From assembly GCF_004010195.1 (NCBI RefSeq), contig NC_057718.1, forward strand, positions 41,685,803 through 41,749,802: a stretch of DNA of 64,000 bases. Direction: 5' to 3'. The notes beneath the pieces are model-generated. The model was not told the DNA's origin. It made no database searches and was given only the letters and a program-made list of their open reading frames with translations. Below are positions 62,682 to 64,000 of this stretch, in pieces. Source of the DNA: Chiloscyllium plagiosum (taxonomy: Eukaryota). Both the position numbers and the translations under genes were made by a program. Each line of letters begins with the position of its first letter. Position 1 is the stretch's first letter.

Positions 62682-64000
62682 ATTTGTGACACATGTTAAG
62701 TAAAAGCCAAGTGCTGGTATAAAACCATTGATCAAATCCATACGATGAAAGGTAGATCAATCTGCATTTTAGAGAGCGATGAGAAAGTCCCATCCAACCC
62801 ATCTAGTTCACTTTCTCATTTTGGTCCATGTTCAGGATCTGCAGAGATAGAAACAATGGTAGATGTAAAACCTGTGGCTGGCACCTGAGCTGGCTTCTTT
62901 TGAGGAAACTGAACACACCATTTTGACTTCTGAAATTATTGTCTGAAACTTAGACTTTGATCATTCTGAGTTATAGTCTGGATAGCCCAATGTCTTTTTA
63001 AATATGACACTTGAGAAATATTCAAGTGTACGTTCAGTAAACTCACTACCATTCATTCTGTCATTCTTCTGATTGATGCAAGGTGGAACAGGGCAAAGAA
63101 AGGGAACTTGTTTATCCTCTGCCCCTGAGCAACAGACCAAATCTCTCTGTTACATCCTCTGACCATACAGTAACCTGAATCAAAGTGATTGATGAAATAT
63201 TCAATCGGGTTTGAGCAGTTACCAATGTCAGCACACAAAACAAAACACATCCAAGACAATCTGTGATTCAGGCCATCTCAGTATGTTAAAATGGAGGCAC
63301 TCATCTTCCTGGTCTTGTATTCTGAAAATTCCTTGAACGTTCCTTTAACTAGTATAAGGTAAAATAATATTCAGAGCTGCTCTCAAAATTTGAAGGAAGA
63401 ATGAAAGTCGTCCAAAATACCTCAAAGAATTAGATGAGAATAATAGGTTCCCTTTATATTGTTCAAAGACCAAAGAAAAAATGCGAACAGAACAATTGCT
63501 GTAAAGAATGTGAAATGCATGTTTATTCTTTGTATTTTTAATTATTCTTTTTTAAACTTAAGTAGTGAATGCGAAGTGAGCGTTGCACAAACGGTTTCAA
63601 CTAGCTTGTGAGTTTTCCTCAGTCGGCAGGTGTGTGTATGGGAGTGACATTTTTGAAGGCAAGAAGAGGAGGGGAGCTAATTGCTGAGTGGACGGTTCCA
63701 GTTGTGATACGCATTATTGCATTCAACTGAGGGTCAACAAGGTGTGCCTGTGGTCACGTATGCCAGACCTGTGCACAGTACTCAGCAGTGGGGCATGAAA
63801 GGGCAAAGGTTGAAATCCAGAGTGTTGTGGATCAGTGCCTCATAGATCCAGCAAGTTTGGGCAATAGATTGCATTTTGGTTTGACCTTGGCTCCTCTTTC
63901 TTCAAATGCTCCCAGAAGGACACAGATTTATCTTGAGTCAAGCCCAACTGGATCTTCCTTCAGATCATGGGGATGATAGTTACTCTTTAAACCAACAGCT

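Overview
This is eukaryotic, AT-rich, repeat-dense non-coding DNA. It is almost certainly from a cartilaginous fish (shark), because it carries HE1-type V-SINEs, their CR1/HER1-type LINE partners and Deu-domain (SacSINE1-like) SINEs. I find no intact protein-coding gene, tRNA/rRNA gene or CRISPR array, and every recognisable ORF is a decayed transposon fragment. The window holds many CR1 LINE remnants (ORF1 SGNH, APE endonuclease and RT pieces), Gypsy/Gmr1-like LTR-retrotransposon remnants and solo LTRs, PIF/Harbinger transposase and Myb/SANT remnants, a Tigger/pogo-like TIR element, and several Penelope-like elements (PLEs). The most interesting signal is a set of minimal hammerhead-ribozyme (HHR) motifs (CUGANGA-stemII-GAAA-NN-UH) in at least four PLE terminal-repeat variants. 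They include two copies with intact cores, a 174-bp near-perfect palindromic mini-insertion with a 13-bp TSD, a ~95-bp mini-insertion with a 12-bp TSD, and a ~1.35-kb inverted GIY-YIG duplication. Repeat-poor, homeodomain-motif-rich stretches (about 23.9-24.4, 28.7-28.9, 44.1-45.5 and 61.4-62.7 kb) are candidate enhancers or CNEs. Repeat family names come from recognising motifs by eye, not from database searches, and the boundaries of old elements are approximate.
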